Assembly (NCBI GenBank): GCA_964035545.1
Contig: OZ037772.1
Coordinates: forward strand, 930,001-994,000
From: Bugula neritina
Lineage: Eukaryota; Animalia; Bryozoa
Direction: 5' to 3'
DNA length: 64,000 nucleotides
The translations under genes and the position numbers were made by a program. The notes beneath the pieces were generated by a model. That model had not been told where the DNA came from. It was given only the letters and a program-made list of their open reading frames with translations, and did not search any database. Below are positions 1-13,200 of the stretch, in pieces. How positions within the stretch are numbered: the stretch's first letter is position 1; each line of letters begins with the position of its first letter.

Positions 1-829
1 TAACTTTGTTTGTTTTGATGAGAGCAAGAAATTTCACTGGCATTCCGATTAATTACATAGCATATTATAGGACTAGGCAGATGTATATGCTGTAGAATGA
101 TTTTTGGACCTTTCAATCAGCATATGAAAAACTGTAGTCAAAAAACAAGTGATCATAAAAAATTATTTTATATGAATAAAAAGTGACTAAAATGCAAACA
201 ATTATTTTGAAATAATACTTGCATAGACTTGCGTGCTATACTAATTACAAGTATAAGCTAAATAACAAAAGAAAATTACATATATACTAACAGTTTATAA
301 AGTAGAATTTGTGACAACGATTTATAAAACGAAATAGTATAAGTTCGACAATCTTGCAGCACCTTGAAACACAAAGTGTAAAGATGCATGCGTCAGTATA
401 CAGAGTTTGTTGATGTAAAGTTGTTATATCAAAGTTTTGCTATACATGGGCTGACAGTTAAGCAGCCACCTACAAATAATTATATATATGTGACCTACCA
501 CTACACAACCAGGCTATCTAGGTAAAAATTACAGATTGATAATAACTATAAAATTATATATATATAAGTGTTAAAATATCATTGAAAAAACTTGGTAAAA
601 CTTCTGTTTGACAAATATGATTCAATTTTTGATGAATGCTTTCGAAAATATATTTAGAAAGTTTAGATTATTAATTATTAATAACATGAACAGTAACGCT
701 TTTAACCTCTTCAAAAAAATCGCAAGAGAGGCAATTGCTAAAACACAAAAAGAAAACAGGAATAATGTTGCTGAAAAATAAGTTTATACAATAGTGTTTA
801 AATTAGGCCATAATAAAGTATAATAATAT

Positions 830-1089
830 GAGAGGTAATAATGGCACAGTTAATAATATAATGCCACAGGAAATAATGGCACATGCAGGTGGTAATATGA
901 GGACACAGGTGATAATGTCACAGGTAAGAAGGGCACACAGCGAAAAGTAGGAAAACATGGCACACTTATCTTCAATTTTTCCAAACACCCATTCTCACCC
1001 TTATACCCTAATACTGAAAATGTGCCATTCTTACCTATTTTTCTACTTGTGCCATAACTACCTGTATGTGCCATTTTAACCATAGACAC
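830..1089. mobile_element. MITE-like element, 'GGCACAGGTAAAAAT' subterminal-repeat family (copy 1)
   Basis: Tandem GGCACA(GGTA) motifs on the left and their reverse complements (TGTGCC...) on the right, ending ...CCATAGACACC. Related copies lie at 1340, 44024, 48255 and 50325. Confidence 0.6.
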
Positions 1090-1339
1090 CACCCACAATG
1101 CATCAATTAGAAAAGATTTCAAATAACCCTTCATTGCTGAATTATTATGAACCAACTCAATACAATCCTCCTGTAATTCTTCTGGAATCTTTTTAACAAA
1201 ACATTGGAATTTTTCACATGTCATGCTAAGAATCTAGCTCCTTCTTTTTGAGAGGTAGCTAAGAGAAATTTCGTTAAAACTCTATCAAGAGTTCATAGAG
1301 ATGCTCAGAAATTTTTTTGAAAACTTATCTGGAACAAGT

Positions 1340-1540
1340 GGTGCCTGGTAAAAGTAGCACAGGTAAAATGGCACAGGTAGTAGTGGCACAAATGGAAAAC
1401 TAGGTAAAAATGGCACATTTTCAATATTGAAGTTGGATATTTAGGGTTTTGAGTTCAGAATGGGGGGGTTTGGAGGTATGGCTTTTGGGAAAATTTTACC
1501 ATCAGTGTGCGATTTTTACTTGTGTCATTTTTACCTAAAA
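1340..1540. mobile_element. MITE-like element, same family (copy 2)
   Basis: Starts GGTGCCTGGTAAAAGTAGCACAGGTAAAATGGCACAGG; inverted motif TGTGTCATTTTTACCT at the right end. Confidence 0.6.
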
Positions 1541-1944
1541 TTGGAACAGGTTCTTCTCCTATAACAGTTCATTGAGTGTGGAGAAAGACACCACAATTTT
1601 GAAAAATACACAACCGCTTTAGTGTAACTTTAGAAACACTGACGCTGCTGTGAAAAGCAATGATATATGATGATTGCACTCCTGCATGTTTAGGTTCAGA
1701 TTATTTAGAGTAGCAAATATATTTACAAGGTATATGTAGTATGCAGTTTATAGAGATTGACTATTGCATGGCTGCTAAAAGGTGGCCTGTTATTTTTAGC
1801 AAACTTTTTGACTTCCATTTGGAAGTAGCACAGAAAGCAGTAAGGGTAAAGTAATTAATAAACGCATTCATGTCGAAGTAAACTGAGATGGCAAAATATA
1901 GTTTGGTTAAATAAGGGAGCTAAGATGAAGGTTTATATAGATAT

Positions 1945-2250
1945 TGTTATGATTTTCAGAATTAGGGTCAATGTGCAACCAAGAGAGTCTAATTACTTGC
2001 TATAGAACTGCACCAGGATAAGTCGAGTTAATACAGTTATATTTTAAGTACAAGGATACATAATAAAAATGATACAGAAACAGTTAGTAATTTACACATC
2101 TATTTAATCTACTGCACTATCCTCAACTGACTAGTAGCGCGAAGCTAACTACTGCTACTAACTGACAGCCTCGCTAATTGGCTGTACATCGTTCCGGGTC
2201 AATACGCGACCCCGCGTATTGTGCTGCAGGTAGCTCCACGAGCCACCACA
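1945..2250. mobile_element. Probable solo LTR (Gypsy-like, 4-bp TSD)
   Basis: TGT...ACA termini flanked by ATAT at 1941-1944 and 2251-2254; CpG-richer than the flanks; its terminal 21 bp recur inverted at 48484. Confidence 0.55.
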
Positions 2251-3904
2251 ATATATACACCTATATAACGTGTAACTTGCAAGAGCCCAAAAGGCCTTCA
2301 TCAAACTTTGTGAATTTTTCAAATTTCAAATTCTTCCTTTAAAATGTCCAAATTTTCCCCTAGGAGGAATTTCCTCCAGGTTGGGAACCACTGAACTAAA
2401 AGAAAACATGTAAACATGAATATTACCAACTGCATGCATCACCAGTTACGAGACTGTTGGGTTACAACTTACAATATTTGTAAGCTGAAGAGCTATTAAT
2501 AGAGATGATGGTATTACAGTATAACTTAGTCAGCTTATTATCATGAGTTAGTCACTGCTAATATGCTATGCTATGGCTAACAGTCACATAGCTACTAACA
2601 AATAATTCTACTATTTATTATGACTATTATGACATCTATGCTGAAGAAGTAAAATGTGCCTTTAAACAATACATCATATTTTATGTAAAAAAGTGTTTAA
2701 ATACAGTACTCAAATTTCGGTGTTCGAAATTTATTTTTTTGTTTCAAACGTTATTAAAATACAAATCAGAAGACTTTTCACCAATTAATAGTAAATTATG
2801 CTAAAGAACTAGTGTTGACTTGTAGAATAAATTAGCAAGAGAAGTAACTCCTGAATAACATGGTTAAACAGTCACAATAATATTTCTCAAAGATTATAGC
2901 CTCAAGTTCATACACTATTGTGATGCAGTTAGGTATTCTATAGAGTTGGTATTGATATCACAGTACAATTAGGTCATGAGCTTTCACCAGGCATTAAGTT
3001 TTTACCTCCACTGATGGATTAATCTTAGGGCTGTTACAGTTTATCGAATAATTGCAAACTATTTTGTATATACAATGAAAATTTCTTACAGAAAAGTGTC
3101 CAATTTTTGTTGAAGAAGTTATAACTAAGACTTTTCTTTGAAATAAATGCTATATAATATGTTTAAAAATAAGATTTTAAAATTATTGTATATGCTTTTA
3201 TTTATAGTGAATGAATTACTCGACGAATGTTTACTTATGGTTTGGATTGGCAATGTTATTACTGCATAAACAATATAATATGCAGTTCTATGTGTATTGT
3301 GAAACGGTTAGCACTCAGGTTACTATTCTATGAGACAAATTTGGGATTTGCTCCCCCAAAAGAATTGAAACTATAATATATATGTTTTGTATAATATGCA
3401 TATCTATTTGATGATAATATTGAAGCAAGCAAAATTATAATAACAAAATATTACAAGACAAAGATTATCCTAGCGATCCTTTGAAATCTTGCTGTGTTTA
3501 TATATTATACTGACAAAAATGATTAACTTACTACGAGGTTTTTAGTCAAATAACAAGAGACTAAATCCAAAACTAATTTATAATTATTCTTAGCATATGA
3601 CAAGTATGAATGTTACAGCTGCTCTTGTACAATGTACTTGTACAGCTCTTACTCATCCTAGTATGTTTAACTGGCATAGCATCCTTGTCTTTCTAGGGAC
3701 TCGGTACATCACTGGAGTGCAGAGGTCATCTCCAACAAAAGACTTTGAATTAGAGTGGATAAATAAAAGTAAGCGCTTGTAATGTTTTTCAACTCTAATT
3801 AAAGTTCCCAAAATGTTATTGTTGGTAAGTTTCAGGCTCAAGAATAATCTTGTATTTTCTTATTAAAGAACAAAAAGAGAAAAAAAGAAAAAAATACGGG
3901 TCCT

Positions 3905-4100
3905 AAGTCGCAAAAACCAAAAGATAGCTATTCCGGAGGTGTGGACATGTTCAAAAGTTTCAAATTTGGGGAAGGAGAATCTAAAGAAGTTCACAAAGAT
4001 GTCTTAGAAAAATTTGACAACTCTTGTAAAAAGACCTTCAAGAAAATAATCAAGAGACATCAACTGCTATCAATAGATGAGTATGTCACCAACTTACATT
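3905..4100 (+). mobile_element. Gypsy-like gag fragment, deleted paralog of 8810-9028
   Basis: Near-identical to the 8.8-9.0 kb gag (GVDMFKSFKFGEGESKEVHKDVLEKFDN...RHQLLS/IDEYVTNLH), with internal deletions. Confidence 0.75.
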
Positions 4101-4178
4101 GTTTATGAGCTTGATAGAGATAAAAATTCACTCAATACCAGAGACATATTTTTAAATATTGTTGTTTTGTGTTTGCAG

Positions 4179-4417
4179 GTGAAAGACCATTTCCATGTGA
4201 TGTCTGTGGCAAGGCTTTCAAGCACAGACACCATCTTGTAGAGCACAGGCAACTACACACCGGAGAGAAACCCTTTCAGTGGTCTGGTAAGAAGTTTACT
4301 CACTCCGGTTCCTATATTCAACATCGAAATCGCACAAACAAATGTGACAAAGTTAAAAGTGTAACATTTGCTGCCAATAGAAGTCTGCCTATAGTAGTAG
4401 ATGCTACTTTATCATAG
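4179..4417 (+). pseudogene. Orphan C2H2 zinc-finger terminal exon, ZEB/zfh1/zag-1-like
   Basis: Splice acceptor tttgcag, then [51 protein letters not shown]. This matches the ZEB-family motifs KAFKHKHHL and RFSHSGSYSQH. The second finger has lost its CxxC, and no upstream exons are evident. Confidence 0.7.
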
Positions 4418-4856
4418 AGTGTTGGCTCACAAGAGTTTCTCATCTTAAGCATTAAAGTAGGCATTATTTGTGTGAATTTTATCCAAGTTATCATGTAGTT
4501 TTCTTATCATACGATACAACTTATTGAGATATGGTAGTAGAAAAATATAAAAAAGATATTTTAGTTTAGGAGGAAAAACTGAAAAGTTACCAAAACCGAA
4601 GATGAGGTCTAGCCGAATAATAAGAAAATTCTCACAACAAAGTAATTCGCAATGAAGGGTCAGAGGTCAAACATACACCAAATCTAGCAAATTTATTATC
4701 TTCAACAGCCTCTCAATGAAACCATGCCATGCCTAGTTCATGTCTTAGCAACATACAACTGAGGGGGAGATGGGGTGGGTGGGGGAGCATGACTAGCAGA
4801 GACTTAGCTATTATAAACTAGGTCAGGAGAACATAACTCTGAAAATATATATATAT

Positions 4857-5175
4857 AATTTTGTATGCTCACATGGAACTATAGAAGGAAATGTCAGCTA
4901 GAAGAGGAAGGAAATGGAGGTCAAGGCCAGCACCGCAATGTCAAGGTCAACTGGAAAAAAGTAGTTTTAGGTCACGACTTGTCATTCTCAATTATGGCTG
5001 CTAGTTTGAGCACACTTTTGGACTAGAAGAGGAAGGAGGCGAGGAGACCACAGAGCTCTCTGGGTAGGGAGGTGAAACACGCGTTAGCTACAAAGCAAGA
5101 GTTGAAAAGAGAAATAATTAGAAAAAGTTGAAATTTTACTCAATTTGATCCAAAATGAACAGATATTAATAAAAA
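4857..5175 (+). repeat. Dispersed ~320-bp repeat, copy 1 (follows (TA)n)
   Basis: High identity to 15149-15465. Confidence 0.85.
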
Positions 5176-5823
5176 CTTTTTGGATGCACATATTTGTCTT
5201 ATATCCAAGTTAAAATAAATGATATGTTCTGTTACCTAATTTATTCATTGTTTGAACAGCATGCATCTAAGTAATGTAGAATAGTCATTTGGTGTAAACA
5301 TTATATATACCTAGAGTTAATTTTTATTAAGCACTCATGTTTTAGGTTTTCATATTATTTTGGTATGCTGCTATAAACTGCAAGATTGATTGTTAAATAA
5401 GTAATATGCTAATAGCTGCAGTAACTAATCTAAACTATCTAAAATAACATTCCAATTTTATTTGATTTGGGACAAAAAACAGTAATAAAATTATTATTAG
5501 AGTTGATACAATAAAAGTTATCTTTCGTTTGTACTCAAATACTGTGCTTATTCTCTCTAACAAAGAGTATGTTCAGACACTAGTTGCATTCATAACCCAC
5601 AGTTTACTACAGTATCATGATTATATTAGCTAAGAATGTACCTGTGGTATTGTTTGGAGTTTACAGCATTGACATCAAAGGGGCTTTACTAATTTAAATT
5701 TGTTTGATCAATGAATCATAGCACTTACTATCATGCAGTCTAAATTTCTGTTCTGCATGCATCTTCAAATGAGATTTAAATGTTCAATTAGAATAACTTA
5801 TTTAATGTTTTGTTTATTTTTAG

Positions 5824-7917
5824 TTAGCAATGTTGAAAATATTGGAGAGGTAACATGCAGCTCAACAAACCATGGAAGGTTTGTGTTGACACTTTGAAAA
5901 TGTTTTATGGTTACAATTGGCATAACATACAATTACTTTAATGTGATAATGATTGTATTAAATTATCAGTATGACAAGACACTTTTATCTACGATATTTT
6001 TCCTGTTTTAAAGTACAAGAAATAGATGAAAATAACAGCTCCAGCGCCGGACCAGCTGATCCTATTGAAACACTCAAGAAAGACATATAGAAGGTGCTTA
6101 GTAATGTACCATAATCAAATTTCTGTATTTATACAAGTTTTCAGCCAAGGAGTTGCAATCACATGTTCTCCTGTAGTTTTCAAAACAAAAGGATGCTTTT
6201 GTTGAGCAGAGTCTTGAGCTTGGTGACTTGACGAAATTGCTTTGGTCTTAGATAAGTCACAAAAGCATTTATTTGTAGTTAATCTAAATACTAATATAAG
6301 ACAGTTATAAACTAGATCTTAGTTTCAGGTCATATATAGTATGAAATTTCACAGACATGAAGAAACAACTAAAGGAGGTGATGGATGGGCAGAAAAAACT
6401 GATGGCTATAATCACTGATAGCCATAGTGGCAAAGACAATATAACTGAGCAGCTGGAGGAGCCGCTAAAAACAATACAAGAGTTTGAATCTCTTGAAGAA
6501 CTTCTCCAATCCTCAAGAGAAAAACGTTCTGCTCTGGTACATAGTATACTACTATATAATATAGATTGCATAGCTAGTTTAAAGACTTTTGGTGTATAAC
6601 ATGCAATATATAACATCCTGGCGTAGTTGATATTAGAATACAATTTCTAGTGAACTGTAGATTTTCAAGCTATAAAGTGTGTTTTTCTTATGGAATGTAA
6701 ATTCATGCTATGAAATATAGGTGCATTAATGTTGTAGACAAAGTTTTTTTCCAACTGGGGGGAAAAAACTGCGCGGATAATATCATATCATATCATATCA
6801 TATTATGGTGAAAAGAGCCATGAGAAGAATTGGCACCAATGGGCTGTGGAGCCATTTCAGTATGAAGGGCAAAGCCCATAAACAACATAAAAAGCTGTCT
6901 CTAAAAAAAACTGCAGCTTATAAATGCATACTCAGTAAGTCATATAAATTAATCTCGTTTATTTACATCATAATTAGTTTCACTTCGCTTGTTTTTCAGA
7001 AATAATTTCAAAGGTTACAGAAGTAAAGTTATAAGCTAAATTTACTTTGATTGAAAAGATATACAGTCAGCATATTTTTTGTTTCATGTAGAAGGTTAAA
7101 GCTCACAGTTGCTAATATAAATTTGTTTTAAAAATGTTTGGCTATTTTATCTTCTAACTTGAACATGCAATACAGTCTGTATTTTGGGAGATAATATAAT
7201 ATTGAAATAAAATCTGTATCAAAACTTATCAAATCTCTGGGGCTGCATCAGCAGTTAAAATAGTTGTTGAGTTGTTGAGTTTAGAATAATTGCTCATCTA
7301 CAAACTTACTGCGTTCACTAAGTTTTACTTTCTAATTATATTTCAGAAGCTCTGCTGAAAAGTAAAAATAATAAAGAAATAGATATAGAGATTGAAGTAT
7401 CGCTATTTTTGCGGGAGTGCCCTGATTAACTGGGAGGAGATAAGTATAAAAAGACAAATTTGCAAGATGAGGTAAAGCTATACGATTATTGCAGTTATAG
7501 GGAGACTTGAACTGCTTGAACTGACTGGTATATAAAAATGGCTATAATTGGCTTCAAATTGGTTTACAAATATTAAACTAAAATTAATAATTTTAGGTTG
7601 TACTGCACATTCAAGTTACTACTTTATTTATGCTTCATTTTGACCATGGCGCTGAAGCTGCAGCAAGGTATATACTATTTTTTGATCAAATGTAAAAACG
7701 TAATCTTTCAAAATTTGTCTAGCTATAGCACCAGAAATGTAATCAATAATGAATATTAACATTTCATAGTGAAAAAACATCTTCAAAGTGTTTTTTTAGC
7801 CCTAAATGTAAATTAAAATTAATTAATAATTAGTGGTTTTACGTGAATGCTTATATTGAATACTTTTTCTTTCATAAATTGATTCCCTTTCATCTTCAGA
7901 AGATGAGGACAGCTGAA
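5824..7917 (+). pseudogene. Spliced DUF4806-like (transposon accessory-type) pseudogene
   Basis: Exons ~6355-6536, 6738-6934 and 7347-7471 give EPLKTIQEFESLEELL...QLGGKNCAD..MVKRAMRRIGTNGLWSHFSMKGK...FLRECPD*LGG. Lesions: a frameshift, an (ATATC)n insertion near 6779-6804 and an in-frame TAA. Confidence 0.6.
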
Positions 7918-8369
7918 CCAATGACTTTTTTATATCATTTTATTATTAAATTAGAAGAGTTGAAGGCTTCTAATGAAGAGCTAAATTTGAGATTTACTTA
8001 TATTTTGTACATATAAAAATAATTTGATTAACTAGTAAATAGAACATACAATTAGTACTGACAGTCTTGATTTTATTGTAAATTATATCTCATGTGAGTT
8101 TGCAAAAAAAGATACTTTTGCACTGTTTTTGTTCTGTTGTTTTTCATTTTTCTTAACAAAATAAAATAGCCATTACAGAGATCAGTGTAGGATCGCCAAC
8201 CTTTCACCAACGTTGTATGAAAACCATTTATGCAACGTTATGCAACACAACGTTTATGGAACGTCAGTGAAAGTTTTGCGATAAACGTTTGTTTTAAAAG
8301 TTGTATATAGTACAAATATGTGTCGACATTTAAACGTTTATTAAACAATTTGTAAATTGTTGGTGGAGT

Positions 8370-8560
8370 GATTGTTAAAGAACTAAGGGGATGTTTTGAT
8401 GGCTCTATAACTGAACCTGAAGAATCAGCTAGTGCTATACTAGACTGACTATACAAAGATATCAAGCAAGGCTATGTCAATTATTGTACTCGCGATAATT
8501 TGCTATATCTCATAACCAGCTGCACAGAACCAAAGCAAGCATGGGGCACTTTACAAAAAC
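8370..8560 (+). mobile_element. Copia-like gag fragment
   Basis: Degenerate translation IVKELRGCFDGSITEPEE...KAMSIIVLAI..LLYLITSCTEPKQAWGTLQ, typical of the Ty1/Copia gag N-terminus. Confidence 0.6.
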
Positions 8561-8694
8561 CCAGAATCAGAAAGCAAGTCAGGAAACTGACAGTGCCTTC
8601 CTCCTATCAAAAAGAGAGACAACCAACTATACTAACAAAAAAAATACTTAAACTAACATAAAATTTGTCAAGATAAAAAATAGTTGTTGTAAAC

Positions 8695-9398
8695 ATGGCA
8701 ACTGCACAAGATGGTGCAGAGTTGTCCACCCAATGGTCCTGCTTCAAGGAAGAGTTCAATTATTATCTAATAGCCTCAGAAAAATCTGATGAAGAGGATA
8801 AAATAAAAATAGCCATTCTAAAGCGGACCATTAGACCGAGAGGTGTGGACATATTCAAAAGTTTCAAGTTTGGGGAAGGAGAATTTAAAGAGGTTTACAA
8901 GGATGTCCTATATAGGAAAATTTGACAACTTTTGTAAAAAGACCTCCAACAAAATAATCAAAAGACATCAACTGCTATCGACAAAACAGGAATGCTTATC
9001 AATAGATGAGTATGTCACCAACTTACATAGGATCGCCAGAAAATGTGACCTTGGTGACATGTATGATGATTTTTTTATGCAGGCCTTTCTTCTTGGCATC
9101 AACGACATGAACAACTTTGGAGAAAATTGTTCGAGGAGTCAGAAAACATAGACCTCAAAAAAGCTATTAAAAGTGCAAAGTGGCTGAGAGCTCTCAGAGT
9201 AATATGAAGACTATTAAAGCGGAAGGAGAATCAATTCATACACTTGGTCTCAAGGCCACTAAAGCAAACAAAAGTGTCAAACTGTACTTACGCACAACTG
9301 ACAAAGAAGCGAATAATCCTGCCAAGTCTAACTGTGGAAACTGTGGTAACTCTCATCATGCAGTCACTGAACACATAGCTAAAACATTAAAGCTTTAA
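8695..9398 (+). mobile_element. Ty3/Gypsy-like gag remnant (frameshifted)
   Basis: Three ORF pieces: QWSCFKEEFNYYLIAS...KIAIL; Q..SIDEYVTNLHRIARKCDLG...LLGIND; and a terminal CGNCGNSH knuckle remnant. Confidence 0.75.
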
Positions 9399-10132
9399 CT
9401 GCAACCGTTTTACCTTTTTTAGGTTAAATGCAATAAAAAGAAGTGCAGTGTCAAATATAGCTTCAAGTAGACTCGCATCATGGCAACTGAAATTCATGGA
9501 CAATAATAGTTCTATACTCAAAGTACGTGCAGATAAGTCAGTAATAAGTCTAAAGTTGTGTTTATACCTCTCCTGAACAAAGTATTTATGTTTCAGTTAA
9601 TAACACTCTTCAGAGTGCACCCTTATATAGTCTTACTGAAACTCGGTGACATTTCAACTTGAATTTAAATGCTGACTAAAAATTTGGAAGGTATAAATGC
9701 AACTTAGCAAATATTACCTAAAAACCCCATCTAATAAAATAGTTGTGAAGTTTTAGCTACATGTAACATTTTAATAGACAAAATTACAATCACCCACCCT
9801 AGTGCTTACAAACTACAAAATCTGGTTTGATAACTGGGGAATTTTAAATAGCAATTCATTTCATCAAGATTAGAATTAAAATAAATTTTTTATGGCATTC
9901 TCACCAAATAAAGATTCGCTGTTATTGTCCAACTTTGCTCTTTTAATCAAATTATTAAAAGCACTTTGAACGATAGAAGCTGAGTCTACAAAAGAAGGAA
10001 GATGCATGTAAATACAATTTTATATCTGAGTGTTATTCCCTGCATTTAATCCAAAAATGTTAATAAGAAAAACTGAAGGCTACTGGGTGTGTGTTACAAA
10101 AATATTATATAAAGCCTGAGATCATGCTTTAA

Positions 10133-10258
10133 AACACTTTAAATATTGCATAATATATAATAAATCAAATAAGTACACTTTAAATATTGCATAATATATA
10201 TTAAATCAAATAAGTATACTTCAAGTATGGCATAATATATAATAAATCAAATAAGTAC
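10133..10258. repeat. ~43-bp tandem repeat x3
   Basis: ACACTTTAAATATTGCATAATATATAATAAATCAAATAAGT repeated. Confidence 0.85.
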
Positions 10259-13200
10259 AAGATCAAAATATATATAGATACTGTAATTTATTATATGTAT
10301 AAATATACATGAAGTGCTAGCATAATGTAGCTAATATTTTATATTATGATAAGCCATAAGAGATCATTATAATTTTAAACGATGTATATGTTTGCAGTCT
10401 AAATACAATAAATAGATAGCTGTTGTCCATATTTTCAATGCAAGCTAATTAAAAATTGCCAGTGCAGAGTGTGACAGCCGATACTGGTTACTGTATCAGC
10501 TGATAATTGTTCCTGCGTCAGCACGTGTGCTGTTTGGTACGGATGCCTATGTATTATGATTCACTTAACAAAGGGTGAATGGATTGAGGACACAGATGCA
10601 GGCCACAACTCTATTTTTCGTTTATTGCCAACAGTATATTTTCTAAGTTAGACTTACACTCGAAATCATACTGATACTCATACTGTAACCTATAACCATG
10701 AAAATTACCAACATCATGTTAACTCAACATTAATTACACAGCTGACAAAACATTTAGTTAATGTAGTTCAAAACAAAAGATAATATAATACTTGATACTC
10801 ACAATTAAGTATAGATTGCCTGCATCTTTAGCAGGAGGAAAATTGAGCTACACTGACTCATTGAATAAAAATAGCCAGCAAATAGCTTTCATTTCACAAT
10901 GGTTTTTGGAAAGCTGCCAAAACTCCTGCAACACAGAGATCTATATATGGCCTTCAAAGCTATTAAAATATATTTTATAGAGTTCCAATCACCATTAAAA
11001 CAAAGTTTGAGTATTTGTAGGCAATATAATTACTGAACAGATATACTTTAAATATATTAACGTAGGAGGTCTAACATTATTCTTAAAAACAAAATAACAA
11101 AAGTAACAAGCTAAAGTTGCTTTCGAAACAAAATAATGATTTACAGGTATACATTATTAAAATGTTTAGTATTAGATTACATCATATAGTTTTTTGGTAA
11201 GCATTATGCATGATTGTCTCCCCAATCAACCAGAAGTCATATTATGCAGTTTGATGATTTTAATTATTTAAAAAAGATAATTGTATTTTTAGTAAATTGT
11301 TACATGAAACAAAATTGCACATTTCCTCATAAATTTAACTACAGTTAAAACAACTTTATTGTTTTTTGGTAAGACTGGAAGAATTTAAAATAATACTCAA
11401 CCTAAGAAAATACATACCTTTTGCTGTCTCCAACTTGCTGCTCAACTTTTTATTTTTGCTTCTGGTAAAAACAGGCATTTTCTTTAAGAAGTTAGTTATA
11501 TAGTGTTTAAAAGTACTATGATTTCCCAGCAAGTTTTACCTTGCTGAAATGTAACTTTCCACTGTCAGAAGGTTTGACAGGTTTGACAAAATTTCTAATT
11601 TATATACTGCTATAATAGTAACAGAGAAAATTATCTGTTCCTGCAATTACTTCTACTAAGGTTTAGAGGGAGAGTGCATCCCTATAATTATGCAAAAGAT
11701 AATAGACCCTTTGTAGTTCTGGACCAAGTTTCTTTTCATCATCATAATAATCAGGAAGCTTAAGTAAGCTTAAAACTTTTTAATTTACTAAAAATGGCTG
11801 CCAAGAGTTGAACTTTAGTTTGAAACTTATAAAAAAATCCTAGAATTTCCTATTTGGCCGCAACTTCAAAAGCACTGTCATAATTATAAATTCTTTTGAA
11901 GAAGTTTACCCTCAAATACTGTACAATAAAGAAAAATCTTCAAGATAGCTGTTCTATTTTTCTTAGTTTTGTGTTATCTCAGTACATGCAAAGTTTATAG
12001 TCTCTATGAGAGACCTTTTTCAACTGGCTGAGCATAATAGCTGAAAATTTTGTCTGCTGTCACTACAACGTGAACTTTTATAATAGTATAGGAGATGTTA
12101 AGAAATGCTTGCAGCTTACTTTTGTGACTATAAATATTAGGCCCTGTAGCATATAAGACACCAAGTTTCGTTCACAATAAACCTAATGGGAATCAAGAGA
12201 TATTAAATTCAAAGTTATTAACACATATTATTGAAAACTATTTATACATGTCTTACTCTTTTTTTGTGTAGGTAGTCAAATTATATGACTAGCATGAAAT
12301 TTAGATTTTGATATTCACCCATTGCGTGAACAATATTTTTTCTAACTGAATTATTTTTCTTGAAAAACTTTCAAAACAGAGAAACCAATTCAGCAACTAG
12401 TTTTAAAGTTTGAAAAAGGCATGTAGCACCAGTGTTACACTGGTCATCTGTCTCTAAGAGTAACAATTCAGTTTAATTCCAATTGGCAACTCCCCTCCAT
12501 ATAAACTCTAAACAATATAATATTCTTTAACACTTGTAACCTATTGATAGTCCAGGGTGCTTTGCTTGCCATACTCTGGCTTACAGACAGAGGATTAAAA
12601 TTGCTTTTTATTACTGGGTACCTGTTATATTTTGCTCTTACAAGGTAAATAAGTTTTTAAATATGCTAAAAGTATAAAAAGTATAAAAACATTTTTAATG
12701 GTAGCACCATACAATGTTGTCCAGTACGTATCTTTATCCTAATATTTTGCATTATTATTATTGTTATCAATTTGTGAAAAGAGGTACTGAAAGAGCTTTT
12801 TATGAAACTTTGAAACATTTACCATATACACAACTTACTGGATTGCTCTGTGTCACGGTAGGCTAGCGGCAAAGCTAGCCAAAATTGCTTATTCTGAAGT
12901 CTAGCTTTTGTGAAAATTGGCAAGCTTTAGTTAATAACCTGTAATTATATAGCCAAGTTGTTTAATTAAAATTTAAAGTAGCATTGTGTTACACACAATA
13001 GTTTCGGAAAACAATTGAAAGAAAAGTTCAATAATATATTACTAAAATACCAGGAAAGTCTTGCTGATGTTTATAAAGCATGCATTAAACATTCTGTATT
13101 TCAATGAAAGATGTTTTAGACATTGTAGAAGAAAAGTTGTCTACTTGCCTTAGTTTACAAGGCTATAGCATAATGATAGTAGTATAGACTGATACTCAAA

